A stretch of 32,000 nt of DNA from contig JBCNVM010000010.1 in the NCBI GenBank assembly GCA_039630085.1, forward strand, positions 17,090-49,089. Direction: 5' to 3'. The DNA is from Candidatus Caldarchaeales archaeon. GTDB taxonomy: Archaea; Thermoproteota; Nitrososphaeria_A; Caldarchaeales; Calditenuaceae. The position numbers and the translations under genes are program-made. The notes beneath the pieces were generated by a model. The model made no database searches, was not told the origin of the DNA, and saw only the letters and a list, made by a program, of their open reading frames with translations. This document shows positions 1-8,451 of the stretch, piece after piece. The first letter of the stretch is position 1. Every line of letters begins with the position of its first letter.

Positions 1-124
1 GCCCGGCGCTCCTCCTCAACGCCCTCCTCCATCCGCGCACGTCAAGCTCGGGCCCCGTATGTAAATCCGTCCCTCCCGGAGGCGGAGATACTCCCATAAC
101 CGGGGACGGAGCCATGTCGTTCGG

Positions 125-901
125 TTGGTCAGGGTCGCGATCGTCCAGACGCCGGTGCTCGAGAGCCCCGCCGAGACGATCGAATGGGCGTGCAGGGCGA
201 TGACCGAGTCCGATGCCCGGGCCGAGCTCTACCTCCTCCCCGAGGCTTGGATCCACAGGGCTCCAATCGCCGACGTCGCCGGCGCGGTCGAGGCCTCGGA
301 GCTGGCCGTCGCGAGGCTCGCTGAGGCAGCGAGGTCCCTGAACGGGTGGGTCGTCGCGGGAGGACTCTACGCGCTGGTCGAGGGGAGACCGGTCGCGAGG
401 GTCCCTGTCATCTCGCCGGGAGGAGAGGTGGTCGGTCATCAGGACAAGGTCCACCCCTACAAGGAGGAGAGGCTGGTGCTGAGGAGGGGGAGGGAGTTCA
501 GGACCTTCGAGGCCGCGGGCGTGAGGTTCGGGATACTGGTCTGCCACGACGTCGTCTACCCGGAGGCCGCGAGGACGCTGGTCCTGAAGGGAGCGGAGCT
601 CCTGCTGAACCCCTCGAGGATAAGGAGGGAGGGCGTCGAGCCCTGGCACATCTACCTTAGGGCCAGGGCCCTCGAGAACCGTTGTCAAGTCGTTGGGTGC
701 AACGTCGTCCTCGGGAGCTCCTTCGACGGCAGGTCCCTCGCGGTCGACCTGGTCGAGCTGAGGGGAGGCGTGGTGCTGACGCGGGAGGCGCAGGCTGGCG
801 AGCAGCCGGCGGTGTTGTCCGTCGAGCTGGACCCGAAGAGGCTCGAGCACCTCAGGGCCGAGAGGCTCGGGAACAGGCTGAGGGAGGCATACGAGCTCTG
901 A
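125..901 (+). CDS. Carbon-nitrogen hydrolase (nitrilase superfamily)
   Basis: 258 aa. The N-terminus MVRVAIVQ is typical of the family. Glu-Lys-Cys triad contexts are LLPEAW, HQDKVHPY and GILVCHDVVYPE. TTG start as given by the ORF track. Confidence 0.85.
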   Translation: MVRVAIVQTPVLESPAETIEWACRAMTESDARAELYLLPEAWIHRAPIADVAGAVEASELAVARLAEAARSLNGWVVAGGLYALVEGRPVARVPVISPGGEVVGHQDKVHPYKEERLVLRRGREFRTFEAAGVRFGILVCHDVVYPEAARTLVLKGAELLLNPSRIRREGVEPWHIYLRARALENRCQVVGCNVVLGSSFDGRSLAVDLVELRGGVVLTREAQAGEQPAVLSVELDPKRLEHLRAERLGNRLREAYEL

Positions 902-904
902 GGC

Positions 905-1360
905 TCAGTACTGCTCCGCGACGACCTCGACGTGGATCAGCGTCCTGTTGTGGGGCGAGGCCCTCCCGAACGCCCTCGGGAAGTACCCCTCTATCGTCCT
1001 CCCCCTGTGGACCGCCGCGTGGACGATCCTGAGCCTCGAAGTGTCCAGCCCCTTGAACTCCGCGTTCGCCTCTAGCGACTCGAGGAGCTTCAGGAGGAGC
1101 CTGGCGGGCTTGACAGGGTAGCCTCCGGGGCCCTTCGTCTCGGAGTGGTGGGCCCTCAGCTTCCTGTACCTCCTGTAGGGGATCATCCTCCTCTTCGCGA
1201 TCACGTCCTCGAGCAGCCTCTTCGCGTCCTCGAGGTCCATCCCCTTGATGGCCGCGCAGACCTCCCTCGTCCACTTCGGAGAGGCGTCGACCTCCCTGAG
1301 GCTCGCCTTCGCGGCCCTCGACTCGTCGAGCCCCTGGACCGAGTAACGCCACGTCGGCAT
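905..1360 (-). CDS. rpl22: 50S ribosomal protein uL22 (L22P)
   Basis: The last 151 aa of ORF 905..1642 (MPTWRYSVQGLDESRAAKASLREVDASPKW...HVEVVAEQY) match archaeal L22. ATG at 1360..1358. The upstream 94 aa of the track ORF are S/P/A-rich and unlike L22. Confidence 0.85.
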   Translation of the reverse strand: MPTWRYSVQGLDESRAAKASLREVDASPKWTREVCAAIKGMDLEDAKRLLEDVIAKRRMIPYRRYRKLRAHHSETKGPGGYPVKPARLLLKLLESLEANAEFKGLDTSRLRIVHAAVHRGRTIEGYFPRAFGRASPHNRTLIHVEVVAEQY

Positions 1361-1430
1361 GGGTCCCGGATGAAGTCCAGCGGGCACTTTTTGACGTTTT
1401 CCCGGCAGAGGCCGCCTCCCCGCGGAGGGG

Positions 1431-2159
1431 ATGAGGTTCATCAGGGCCTTCGGGCCCCTAGCGGCGTTGAGGCCTGCGGCGGAGCTCGAGAGGGAGCTGG
1501 CGGCGGCGAGGGCCGTCGAGCTGATCCTCTCGCTGGGCGGGGAGGTATATCTCGGGCTAGGGACCGGTTCGACGGTCGAGGTCTTCGGAAGGGTCCTGAG
1601 GGAGAAGGGGGCCGCGCGGTCCGTGAGGGCTGCGATACCCACGTCCCGGCAGTCGGAGGAGGTCGCGAGGAGGGCGGGGCTGAGGGTGACGGACCTCGCG
1701 GAGTGCCCGGAGCCAGACGTCTACGTCGACAGCTTCGACCTCGTCGACCCGAAGGGGAACTCGGTCAAGGGAGGAGGAGCCGCGGTCGCGAGGGAGAAGG
1801 TCCTGATGAGGGCCTCGAGGAGGGTCGTCCTGATCGGCGACTCGGGGAAGCTGGTCGAGAGGCTCAGGGGGCCCGTGCCGGTCGAGGCGCTCCCCTTCGC
1901 GGTCGACTACCTCCTCAGGCTCTTCGGGTCGATGGGCCTCTCGCCGAGGCTGAGGGAGGGGACGGGGAAGGCGGGGCCCGTGGTCACGGAGAACGGGAAC
2001 TTCGTCCTGGACCTGATGATCGGGGAGGTGAGGGACGTCGCGGCGACGGAGCTCGAGGTCAAGTCGCTCCCCGGAGTGGTTGAGGTCGGCCTCTGCCCGA
2101 ACAGGGGGTACGTCGTCCTCGTGGGCAAGGGGGACGAGCTGCTGGAGCTGGGCCGCTGA
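1431..2159 (+). CDS. rpiA: Ribose-5-phosphate isomerase A
   Basis: 242 aa with the YLGLGTGSTV phosphate-binding motif and the DSFDLVDPKGNSVKGGGAAVAREKV block characteristic of RpiA. The start may lie slightly downstream. Confidence 0.85.
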   Translation: MRFIRAFGPLAALRPAAELERELAAARAVELILSLGGEVYLGLGTGSTVEVFGRVLREKGAARSVRAAIPTSRQSEEVARRAGLRVTDLAECPEPDVYVDSFDLVDPKGNSVKGGGAAVAREKVLMRASRRVVLIGDSGKLVERLRGPVPVEALPFAVDYLLRLFGSMGLSPRLREGTGKAGPVVTENGNFVLDLMIGEVRDVAATELEVKSLPGVVEVGLCPNRGYVVLVGKGDELLELGR

Positions 2160-2202
2160 GAAACGGACTTAACGGCCCCGACCCCACGACGCCGGGGACG
2201 CC

Positions 2203-2742
2203 ATGGCCTCGAGGGCCCTCGGGCTGTTCTCCGAGAGGTTCGGGGAGCAGGGAGGGAGGGTGAGGACCGCGTCGGGAGAGGCGGCGGCGCTGGAGGCGCT
2301 GAGGGAGGAGCTGAGGTCGGCCGGCGCGAGGAGGGTCTGCGTCGCCGCGTCAGAGGACGGAAGGTGCCCGAGGCTCGTCGAGGCTCTGAGGGAGGAGTTC
2401 GAGGTGGTGGGGCCGCGGGCCCCGCCGAGGGAGATCGCGACCTGCGACGCCGGGATCACCTTCCCGGTGGCCGCGGTGGCCGAGACCGGCTCGATCGTGG
2501 AGGTCAACTTCGACGACTCCGACAGGCTAGTCTCCTCGCTGCCGCCCCTCCACCTGGCGCTCCTGAAGGGGAGCTCGGTCCTCGAGAGGCTGCTGGACGC
2601 GGCGGCGCTGATCAGAGAGGCGTCCCGCAGGAACTTCGCGGTCACGTTCATCTCCGGGCCCAGCAGGACCGGCGACATCGAGCTGAGGCTCGTGATGGGA
2701 GTGCACGGCCCCCACTCGACGGTAGTGGTGGTGGAGCTGTGA
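2203..2742 (+). CDS. lutC: LUD-domain protein (LutC/YkgG-like)
   Basis: 179 aa. The blocks CDAGITFPVAAVAETGSIV and FISGPSRTGDIELRLVMGVHGP are typical of the LutC/YkgG (DUF162) family. Its stop overlaps the next gene (GTGA). Confidence 0.8.
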   Translation: MASRALGLFSERFGEQGGRVRTASGEAAALEALREELRSAGARRVCVAASEDGRCPRLVEALREEFEVVGPRAPPREIATCDAGITFPVAAVAETGSIVEVNFDDSDRLVSSLPPLHLALLKGSSVLERLLDAAALIREASRRNFAVTFISGPSRTGDIELRLVMGVHGPHSTVVVVEL

Positions 2743-4832
2743 GGGGGTTCGGGGAGCTCGAGCGGAGGGTCAGAGAGCAGCTGAGGAGGGGCCCGGTCAG
2801 GGGGCTCTACGCCGCGATGATGAGGGGCCTCACGGGCAGAAGGAGGGCGATCGCGGAGATCAAGGGTTACGAGGGGTTCAGGGAGGAGGCGAGGAGTATC
2901 AAGGAGAGGAGCCTAATGGAGCTGGAGGAGCTGCTGGAGGAGTTCGTCAGGAACGCCGAGGCCCGCGGGGCCAGAGTCCACTTCGCCAGGGACGCCGAGG
3001 AGGCGAACGAGATAATCGCGAGGATAGCCGCGAACGCCGGCGCGGGGCTCGTCGTGAAGTCCAAGTCCCTCACCAGCGAGGAGATCGAGCTGAACCAGCA
3101 CCTCGAGTCGAGGGGCGTCCGGGTCGTCGAGACCGACCTCGGGGAGAGGATCATACAGCTCGCGGGGGAGAAGCCCAGCCACCTGGTCTTCCCGGCGATC
3201 CACAAGTCGGTCGAGGAGGTCGCCGAGCTCTTCTCGAGGGAGGCGGGACAGAGGCTCGACCCCGACGTGAGGCCGATCCTCGACTACGTGAGGAGGAGGC
3301 TGAGGTCGATGTTCCTCGAGGCCGACGTGGGGGTGAACGGCGCCAACGTCGCGATCGCCGAGCTGGGCGCGGTCGTGATGGAGACCAACGAGGGCAACGG
3401 CAGGCTCTCGGCCTCGCTCCCGAGGGTCCAGATAGTCCTCGTGGGGATCGAGAAGGTCGTCAGGACCGTCGAGGAGGCGCTGGTCCTCGCGAGGTCGCAC
3501 GCGGTCGCGGCCACTGGCCAGCGCATCACCACGTACGTCTCGGTGATGGGAGGGAGGCTCCCGATGGCGGGCGTAGGGGACAGGGAGCTCCACTTCGTGA
3601 TCCTCGACAACGGCAGGAGGAGGATGCTGAAGGACCCCTACTTCAGGGAGGCGCTCTACTGCATACGGTGCGGCGCCTGCATGAACGTCTGCTCGCCTTA
3701 CGGCGTCGTTGGAGGCCACGTCTTCGGGCACATCTACCCTGGCCCAATCGGGATAATCTGGACCGCGAACGTCCACGGCCTCGAGAGGGCGGAGTTCGCC
3801 GAGCTCTGCATAAGCTGCGGGCTCTGCGCGGAGGTCTGCCCCGTGATGATCGACATCCCGTTCGGCATCTCGAGGGTGAAGGAGCTGCTCGCGGAGTCCC
3901 GGGGGAGGCCGAGGGTCAACAGGGCCATGATGGCCTACGAGGCCTTCGCGCGCCTCGGGTCGAGGTTCGCGCCCCTGACGAACGCGCTGATGGCCTCGAG
4001 GACCGTGAGGAGGCTGCTGGAGTGGGCCGTGGGGCTGGACCCGACCGTGGAGCTCCCGAGGCTCTCGGGGAGGACGCTGAAGGACATGATGAGGGAGGTC
4101 CCCCGAGTCCCGGACCCGACCGGCGCTGTCGCCCTCTTCCCTGACTTCCACTACCAGTACGTCAGGCCCGACCTCGCGGTGAAGTTCGCGAAGGCCCTCG
4201 CCGGGGCGGGCGTCAGGGTCGATCTGCCCGACGTGAGGACATCGGGGTACCCGTTCGTGGCCTACGGAGACCTGAGGCGCGCGGCCGAAGTGGCCCGGAG
4301 GAACGTCTCCGCGCTCAAGCCCTACGTCGAGAAGGGTTACAGGGTCGTGTCCCTGGAGCCGACGGCCACCTACGCGCTCAGGCACGTCTACCCGAAGCTG
4401 CTGGCGGGGAACGGCGACGCCAGGGCGGTCGCCGACGCGACCTTCGAGGGCCTCGGGGTCCTGCTGGAGCTGGTCGAGGAAGGGAGGCTCAAGGTCGGCG
4501 GTCAAGGAGGGAGGTACGGACTCCACGTTCCCTGTCACCAGAGGCCGCTCTCGGGGGGCAAGTACGCCGCGAGGCTCCTGGAGCTCTCAGGGGCCGAGGT
4601 CGTCGAGGTCGGGGACGGTATGTGCTGCGGCATGGGCGGGACGTTCGGGATGAAGGCTGGACCCGTGGGCAGGGGCCTCTCGGACCTGATGGGCGCGAGG
4701 CTCGCGGAGCTCCTCAGGTCGAAGGGCGTGGAGGTCCTCCTGACCGAGAGCAGCGTCTGCGCGATCCAATACAGGAGGACGACGAACGCGAGGGTCCTGC
4801 ACCCGCTCGAGGTCCTGGAGTTCAGTGCCTGA
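2739..4832 (+). CDS. Fe-S oxidoreductase, LutB/YkgF-like domain fused to a LutA/GlpC-like CCG-domain module
   Basis: GTG at 2739 overlaps the lutC stop (GTGA), giving 697 aa. N-terminal LUD domain, two 4Fe-4S ferredoxin motifs (CIRCGACMNVCSPY, CISCGLCAEVCPV), then two Cys-rich CCG-type blocks (PCHQRPL, CCGMGGTFGMK). The upstream part of track ORF 2364..4832 is the out-of-frame overlap with lutC. Confidence 0.8.
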   Translation: MRGFGELERRVREQLRRGPVRGLYAAMMRGLTGRRRAIAEIKGYEGFREEARSIKERSLMELEELLEEFVRNAEARGARVHFARDAEEANEIIARIAANAGAGLVVKSKSLTSEEIELNQHLESRGVRVVETDLGERIIQLAGEKPSHLVFPAIHKSVEEVAELFSREAGQRLDPDVRPILDYVRRRLRSMFLEADVGVNGANVAIAELGAVVMETNEGNGRLSASLPRVQIVLVGIEKVVRTVEEALVLARSHAVAATGQRITTYVSVMGGRLPMAGVGDRELHFVILDNGRRRMLKDPYFREALYCIRCGACMNVCSPYGVVGGHVFGHIYPGPIGIIWTANVHGLERAEFAELCISCGLCAEVCPVMIDIPFGISRVKELLAESRGRPRVNRAMMAYEAFARLGSRFAPLTNALMASRTVRRLLEWAVGLDPTVELPRLSGRTLKDMMREVPRVPDPTGAVALFPDFHYQYVRPDLAVKFAKALAGAGVRVDLPDVRTSGYPFVAYGDLRRAAEVARRNVSALKPYVEKGYRVVSLEPTATYALRHVYPKLLAGNGDARAVADATFEGLGVLLELVEEGRLKVGGQGGRYGLHVPCHQRPLSGGKYAARLLELSGAEVVEVGDGMCCGMGGTFGMKAGPVGRGLSDLMGARLAELLRSKGVEVLLTESSVCAIQYRRTTNARVLHPLEVLEFSA

Positions 4833-4841
4833 AGCGGGGCC

Positions 4842-5420
4842 TCAGGACGTCCCCACGGACTTCTCGTAGACGTAGATGCCGTCGAGGAACTTCCTCAGGT
4901 CCTTCTCCCTTATCCTAGTGGCCTGCTCGATCATCCCCGCCATCAGCCCGACCTTCTCCTTGTCGATGCCGGTGACTATCACGTCCTCCCCCTTGACCGT
5001 GACCTTCACCCCCGGGACCAGCTTCACGGCCCTCGGGACCCTCTCGCCGATGAAGTTCTCGATCAGCACGGTGTCGCCCTGGACCTTCACCGACATCGGG
5101 AAGTGGGTCTTGACGACCTTGAGCTTGTAGGTGAAGCCCTTGGTCACGCCGGTCGCCGCGTTCCTGACCTTCGCCTTCACGGTCCCGAGCATCGCCCTCG
5201 CCCTCCTGCCCCTCCCGTAGACCCGGACCCTGACGTTGCCCCCGGAGCCGGTGAACTCGACCCCTCCCCCCGAGAAGTCGAGCCTCAGCTCTCCCAGGGG
5301 CCCCCTGACCCTCAGGACGCCCGGCGCCTCGACCGAGAGCTGCGCTCCTCCCTCCACCTTCAGGTCCTCCTCGACGTACTTCCTGACCGGCTCCCGAGCA
5401 GCGGCCTCTGAGGTCGACAT
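4842..5420 (-). CDS. rpl6: 50S ribosomal protein uL6 (L6P)
   Basis: 192 aa with archaeal L6 blocks (KTHFPMSVKVQGDTVLIENFIGERVPR, IEQATRIREKDLRKFLDGIYVYEKS). TATA-like CTTTATTAG lies about 29 nt upstream of the ATG. Confidence 0.9.
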   Translation of the reverse strand: MSTSEAAAREPVRKYVEEDLKVEGGAQLSVEAPGVLRVRGPLGELRLDFSGGGVEFTGSGGNVRVRVYGRGRRARAMLGTVKAKVRNAATGVTKGFTYKLKVVKTHFPMSVKVQGDTVLIENFIGERVPRAVKLVPGVKVTVKGEDVIVTGIDKEKVGLMAGMIEQATRIREKDLRKFLDGIYVYEKSVGTS

Positions 5421-5490
5421 TCCACGCCGACCACCCGGCGGCCTCTAATAAAGTTCTCCCGGTCCTCAGAGGAGACCCTCGAGCGCTCGA

Positions 5491-5524
5491 GAAGTTCTAG
5501 CGTCTGCTGCGGAAATAGAACTTC
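5491..5524 (-). terminator. 9-bp inverted repeat overlapping the stop codon of the PIN-ATPase gene, next to a 14-nt palindrome
   Basis: GAAGTTCTA (5491-5499) and TAGAACTTC (5516-5524) with a 16-nt loop. Immediately adjacent is CTCGAGCGCTCGAG (5478-5491). Both lie between the ATPase stop and the rpl6 TATA box. Confidence 0.3.
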
Positions 5525-7052
5525 ACTTCCTCGGGACGACCTCGAGCTCGAGCCCGAGCTGCTGGCAGATCCTGTGGAGCCTCCTCTGGAGCTTCCTGAC
5601 GTAGACCTTCATGTACTCCGGCGGGACCTCGAGCCTGACGACTCCCCCGGCGACCCTCAGCTCGTAGCCGTCGATGTGCTTCCCGATCAGCCTGTTCAGG
5701 ACCGTCTGGACCCGCCCCTCCTCGTACGACGCGGCTTGGGACCTCCCCACGGGCACGATGAAGGTCCGCTCGCCGAAGACGTACATCTCGTACTCCACCT
5801 CGCCGGTCAGGAGGTCCTTCACCTCGATCGTGGGCCTCGCGAGGTCCGCCCTCTTCATCCCCCTCGGGACCCTCACGGAGACCTCGAGGACGTGGACCTT
5901 CGCGACCTCGCCGGAGTGCATGAAGATCACCGTGTCGATGATGGAGGGGACCACGCCTATGTCGACCCTGTTCGCGACCCTCTGGATCGCGTCGATCGGC
6001 GACGTCGCGTGGACAACCCCGACCATCCCTATCCCCGCGAGCCTGAGGTCGACGAAGAGCTGGAAGTCCTCCTCGTTCCGCATCTCGTCGAAGACGGTGT
6101 AGTCGGGCCTGCTGAGGAGGAGGACGTCGTGGAGCTCGCTCCCGGTCGAGGAGGACTTCGAGTACTGCGTCACGTCGGCCGGGAGGACAAGGTCCCTCGG
6201 GCTCTCGACCGTCTTCACGACCTTCCCCAGCGACCTGTAGTACTCCGCGATCGCCTGCGCAAAGGTGGACTTGCCCATGCCCGGCGCGCCGGCTATCAGG
6301 ATCCCTTCGGCCCTTGTGGTGAGCCTCTCCGTCAGGACAGGCGGGAGGTTGTACTCGTGGATCGACTTGCGGACCACCGGCCTGACGACCGTGACCTCGA
6401 GGCCGTCGCTGAGGGGAGGCCTGGTGATCACGACCCTGTACTCGCCGTACTGGAGGATGGTGACGTTCCTGCCGTCGACCTCGACGAAGGAGGTCCTGGA
6501 CTCGTCCTCGTGGACCCTCTGGAGGAGGTGGAGGACGAAGAGCTCGAGCCTCTTCCTGGTCACCGGCTCGGGCGAGAGCTCGACGAACCTCCACCTGCCC
6601 GGCGTCCCAGCCTTGACCCTCGGAGGGACGCCCTCCTTCAGGTGCAGCGACATCACGTTTCCCCTGAAGACCTCCTCGAGGGACCATTCGCTGCCGACGT
6701 CGACTCTGACCGTCCTGACCCCGAGCGCCTCGCAGAGCCTGTACGTCAAAGGGTCTGCCGTGACGACCACCGCGCCGTTCCTCGTCGCCTCCTCCCTGAT
6801 CACGTCCCTGACCTCGCCCGGAGCGTCCTCGCTCCCGATCAGCTCGATCGGGACACCCCTCCGCTCGCAGGCCTCCCTGAGGACCCTGAGGGAGTCGATC
6901 GCGCCCTCGTCGCCGCTCCTGAACCTCTCGCCGAGGGACTTGACGATCCTCCTGTGGAGCAGGATCGAACCCCTCAGCCTCCCCTCCTCGACCAAGGACG
7001 ACGCCAGCCCAGTGACGAGGGCCACGTCGTCGACGATGTAGCGCTCCTGCAC
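5523..7052 (-). CDS. PIN domain / PilT-PhoH-type P-loop ATPase / KH-domain protein (COG1855-like)
   Basis: Walker A GAPGMGKSTFAQAIAEYY, a Walker B-like YTVFDEMRNEED, a PIN-like N-terminus (RYIVDDVALV) and a C-terminal KH-like segment. Start set at GTG 7052 (VQERYIVDD). The 56 aa further upstream in the track ORF look non-coding and overlap a + strand zinc-ribbon ORF. Confidence 0.75.
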   Translation of the reverse strand: MQERYIVDDVALVTGLASSLVEEGRLRGSILLHRRIVKSLGERFRSGDEGAIDSLRVLREACERRGVPIELIGSEDAPGEVRDVIREEATRNGAVVVTADPLTYRLCEALGVRTVRVDVGSEWSLEEVFRGNVMSLHLKEGVPPRVKAGTPGRWRFVELSPEPVTRKRLELFVLHLLQRVHEDESRTSFVEVDGRNVTILQYGEYRVVITRPPLSDGLEVTVVRPVVRKSIHEYNLPPVLTERLTTRAEGILIAGAPGMGKSTFAQAIAEYYRSLGKVVKTVESPRDLVLPADVTQYSKSSSTGSELHDVLLLSRPDYTVFDEMRNEEDFQLFVDLRLAGIGMVGVVHATSPIDAIQRVANRVDIGVVPSIIDTVIFMHSGEVAKVHVLEVSVRVPRGMKRADLARPTIEVKDLLTGEVEYEMYVFGERTFIVPVGRSQAASYEEGRVQTVLNRLIGKHIDGYELRVAGGVVRLEVPPEYMKVYVRKLQRRLHRICQQLGLELEVVPRK

Positions 7053-7161
7053 CTTCCTATCCTCTGCAGGCCCTCCTCGACTCCACCTATTCAACTCGAC
7101 GCGGCCGCTGGCCTCTAAAGCGCCGCGGACTTCTGAACCTCTTCCCGTTTTCTGCTTAAAT

Positions 7162-7308
7162 ATGGGCGATGGGGAGTCTGGGGTGGACCAGAAGATGGTC
7201 CCGTCGAGCGAGGTCGTCAACGAGTGCCCGAGGTGCCACGCGGACCTGCCTGAGGACGCCCACAGGTGCCCGAGGTGCGGCCTCTGCGTCAGCTGCTCAT
7301 CTCAGTAG
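7162..7308 (+). CDS. Small zinc-ribbon protein (two CPRC pairs), hypothetical
   Basis: Hand translation: MGDGESGVDQKMVPSSEVVNECPRCHADLPEDAHRCPRCGLCVSCSSQ* (48 aa). An internal in-frame ATG at 7195 would give 37 aa. Too short for the ORF track. Overlaps the sfsA 3' end by 12 nt (convergent). Confidence 0.4.
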   Translation: MGDGESGVDQKMVPSSEVVNECPRCHADLPEDAHRCPRCGLCVSCSSQ

Positions 7309-8001
7309 GACGGGGAGGTCAGGCTCCTCCAGCGAGACTGAACCGTCCACCCTCAGCACCGCCTTCAGGGCCCTCACCTCGACCCCGGCCTCGGTGGCCC
7401 TCGCCAGCTCCTCGGCGAGCTCGGGGTGGCGCTCGGCGAGAGGCCTGAACGACCTGCAGGACGGATGCGCGACGACGAACGCGACCACCGCCCTCCTGCC
7501 CACCTCCCTCAGCGACCTCAGCGCGACGACGTGACTCAGTCCCCGCTCGCTCGGAGCGTCGGGGTAGGAGCACCTCCGCATCGGGTCCAGGTAGACCGCC
7601 GACTTGAGCTCGAGGTATCCGACCCTTCCCCCGGGGCCCAGCATCTCGTAGTCTAGCCTGACGCCCATCGCCCTCACCTCGGCCCTGATCATCCTCCAGC
7701 CCCTCAGCCAGTTCACGAGCCCGAGCCTCCATGCCAGCTCGAAGGCCCTCGCCTGAGTCGGAGGGTCGGTCAGCGCGGCTCCCTCTCCGGTCATCACGCC
7801 GATCAGCGTCCCGTCGGTCGAGGAGGGGCCGCGGCCGGAAGGCCTCGTCACGTGGAGCAGCTCTGCGCCAGGCCTGAGGAGCTCCTCGAGCCTCCCGGTG
7901 TTCCTGTTGTGCAGACTGATCCGGACTCCACCTGACTCCGCGACCACGACGAACCTGTTCGGCCTCGAGACGAACCTCGACCTCGCGACCTCGAGCCGCA
8001 T
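7297..8001 (-). CDS. sfsA: Sugar fermentation stimulation protein homolog SfsA (nuclease-fold DNA-binding protein)
   Basis: From ATG 8001 the protein reads MRLEVARSRFVSRPNRFVVVAESGGVRISLHNRNTGRLEELLRPGAELL, the canonical SfsA N-terminus (RxNRF...H..N.GR). 234 aa. The upstream 90 aa of the track ORF are antisense to another gene. Confidence 0.8.
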   Translation of the reverse strand: MRLEVARSRFVSRPNRFVVVAESGGVRISLHNRNTGRLEELLRPGAELLHVTRPSGRGPSSTDGTLIGVMTGEGAALTDPPTQARAFELAWRLGLVNWLRGWRMIRAEVRAMGVRLDYEMLGPGGRVGYLELKSAVYLDPMRRCSYPDAPSERGLSHVVALRSLREVGRRAVVAFVVAHPSCRSFRPLAERHPELAEELARATEAGVEVRALKAVLRVDGSVSLEEPDLPVLLR

Positions 8002-8179
8002 CAGCGCCCTCAACCCGCCAACACCTCGCCAGACGTCGCCCTTTCGCCCTATGGTCGTCGCAAAAGGCATATTAGTTCCGAGGAACAGAGTGTCTCGACC
8101 CTTGACGACGGAGGTCCCTTGGACACTCTCGCGCGACCCGACCCCCGTCTGCAACCCGCTCTGCAGGTTCTTCAGGTGC

Positions 8180-8443
8180 ATGAAGTTCGTCGCTCCGGGG
8201 AAGCCCGCCCTCGACTTCAGGAGGAACCCGCCTTGGTGCCACTGGGTCGACGGGCCCTGCATCGGGTTCAAGTGCGTCTACGCCTCCTGCGCGCAGCTCA
8301 AGCTCCTTCCGGAGGGGAAGTGCGCGCTCTTCGTGAAGCCGAAGGAGGAGGCCAGGCCCTCCGAGGCCCCCGAGGAGATACCGGAGATCAGGCTGAACGT
8401 CCGGGGAAGGGCCGGCAAGAGGATGAAGGACCTCGGGTTCTGA
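8180..8443 (+). CDS. Small Cys-rich hypothetical protein
   Basis: 87 aa from ATG 8180: MKFVAPGKPALDFRRNPPWCHWVDGPCIGFKCVYASCAQLKLLPEGKCALF, followed by an acidic/basic tail. It ends 8 nt before cofE, so co-transcription is likely. No family recognised. Confidence 0.5.
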   Translation: MKFVAPGKPALDFRRNPPWCHWVDGPCIGFKCVYASCAQLKLLPEGKCALFVKPKEEARPSEAPEEIPEIRLNVRGRAGKRMKDLGF

Positions 8444-8451
8444 CCGGACAG

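Noticed and set aside
1-32. A possible 5' end of a minus-strand gene leaving the window (ATGGAGGAGGGCGTTGAGGAGGAGCGCCGGGC on the minus strand), with a TATA-like GATTTACATAC about 30 nt upstream.
   Set aside because: Only about 10 codons are visible, which is too little to support a call.
2913-4538. Very long antisense or overlapping ORFs throughout the window, for example 2913..4538(-), 5574..7118(+), 5497..6687(-), 1145..2083(+), 17175..18110(-), 20576..21628(-), 8494..9339(-), 25888..26832(-), and the upstream half of 13989..16379(-).
   Set aside because: They lie opposite or out of frame to genes with clear family signatures. Their translations are monotonous Arg/Pro/Gly/Asp/Glu-rich strings without motifs. 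Such stop-free shadow frames are expected at this G+C content.
7053-8271. N-terminal extensions offered by the ORF track for the PIN-ATPase (to 7220) and SfsA (to 8271).
   Set aside because: The family-typical N-termini begin at GTG 7052 and ATG 8001 respectively. The extensions are antisense to other plausible small ORFs and lack family similarity.
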